This document shows, in pieces, positions 63,416-64,000 of a stretch of DNA of 64,000 nucleotides; the first letter of the stretch is position 1; the number at the start of each line of letters is the position of its first letter. Source of the DNA: an uncultured Acidobacteriota bacterium (GTDB lineage: Bacteria; Acidobacteriota; Blastocatellia; RBC074); NCBI GenBank assembly GCA_963796275.1, contig CAWCKY010000001.1, positions 1,248,001 to 1,312,000 of the forward strand, written 5' to 3'. A model generated the notes under the pieces. The model did not search any database. It had not been told where the DNA came from and saw nothing but the letters and a program-made list of their open reading frames with translations. The position numbers were made by a program, and so were the translations under genes.

Positions 63416-64000
63416 ATGGCAAAACAAGTAATTTATGGTACGGAGTCGCGCGCTGCGATTTTGCGCGGCGTCAACCAACTCGCCGACACGGTCAAGATCA
63501 CGCTCGGCCCGCAGGGGGCGCAACGTCGTCATTGACAAAAAATTCGGTTCACCGACGGTTACCAAAGACGGCGTGACGGTTGCAAAAGAGATTGAGTTGA
63601 AAGACCCGCTTGAGAATATGGGCGCACAGATGGTGCGTGAGGTCGCCTCGAAGACTTCTGAGATGGCGGGTGACGGGACGACTACGGCGACCGTACTGGC
63701 CCAGGCGATCTTCCGCGAAGGCGTCAAAACCGTGGCGGCGGGTGCCAACCCGATGGCTTTGAAGCGTGGCATCGGTAAAGCCGTTGAACGCGCGATGAAA
63801 GAGATCAAGCGTCTCTCGAAGCCTGTCACAGGTGAGGCGATCACGCAGGTCGGCACGATTTCCGCCAACGGTGACGCGGCTATCGGCGGGATCATCGCGA
63901 AGGCGATGGAGAAGGTCGGCAAAGACGGTGTGATCACGGTCGAGGAATCGCAGACGATGGAGACATCACTGGAATTCGTCGAAGGGATGCAATTTGACCG
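63416..64000 (+). CDS. groEL: Chaperonin GroEL (3'-truncated by window edge; +1 frameshift in G-run ~63514-63518)
   Basis: [23 protein letters not shown], then [39 protein letters not shown] in the shifted frame. Confidence 0.95.

Noticed and set aside
63500-63530. Programmed frameshifting or true pseudogenisation of groEL, Rhs, CHAT and amidase
   Set aside because: Single-base shifts are widespread and several fall in short homopolymers, so long-read indel errors are the simpler explanation. Read polishing is needed to decide.
62954-63937. 327-aa minus-strand ORF
   Set aside because: It is the antisense shadow of groES/groEL.

Overview
This is a GC-rich bacterial window. The gene content (DUF1553/DUF1501 pair, acidobacterial-type VWA protein, TPR-CHAT and wHTH-TPR proteins) points to Acidobacteriota, probably Blastocatellia-like; this is inference. 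It has many single-base frameshifts, including one in a G-run of groEL, which suggests uncorrected long-read errors, and many abruptly truncated gene fragments. Contents in order: stress genes (BON-SRPBCC, CBS); a pectin-degradation pair (a 2175-aa Ig-repeat CE8+PL1 fusion and a PL11 lyase); a compact lasso peptide cluster; a PAAR-Rhs toxin locus; an ECF-like sigma / anti-sigma / exported TPR-CHAT protease module with several CHAT remnants; sodium:solute symporters; a probable group II intron remnant; a small-gene region sharing a repeated palindromic box; and groES-groEL. The most notable finding is the lasso cluster. It encodes a fused RRE-peptidase, a cyclase and an unannotated 56-aa precursor at 24374-24544 with atypical Ile(-2) and a predicted Glu1 core start. 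The cluster is bracketed by two ~115-bp direct repeats built around tRNA-Phe 3' fragments, so it looks like an integrase-less att-bounded cassette.
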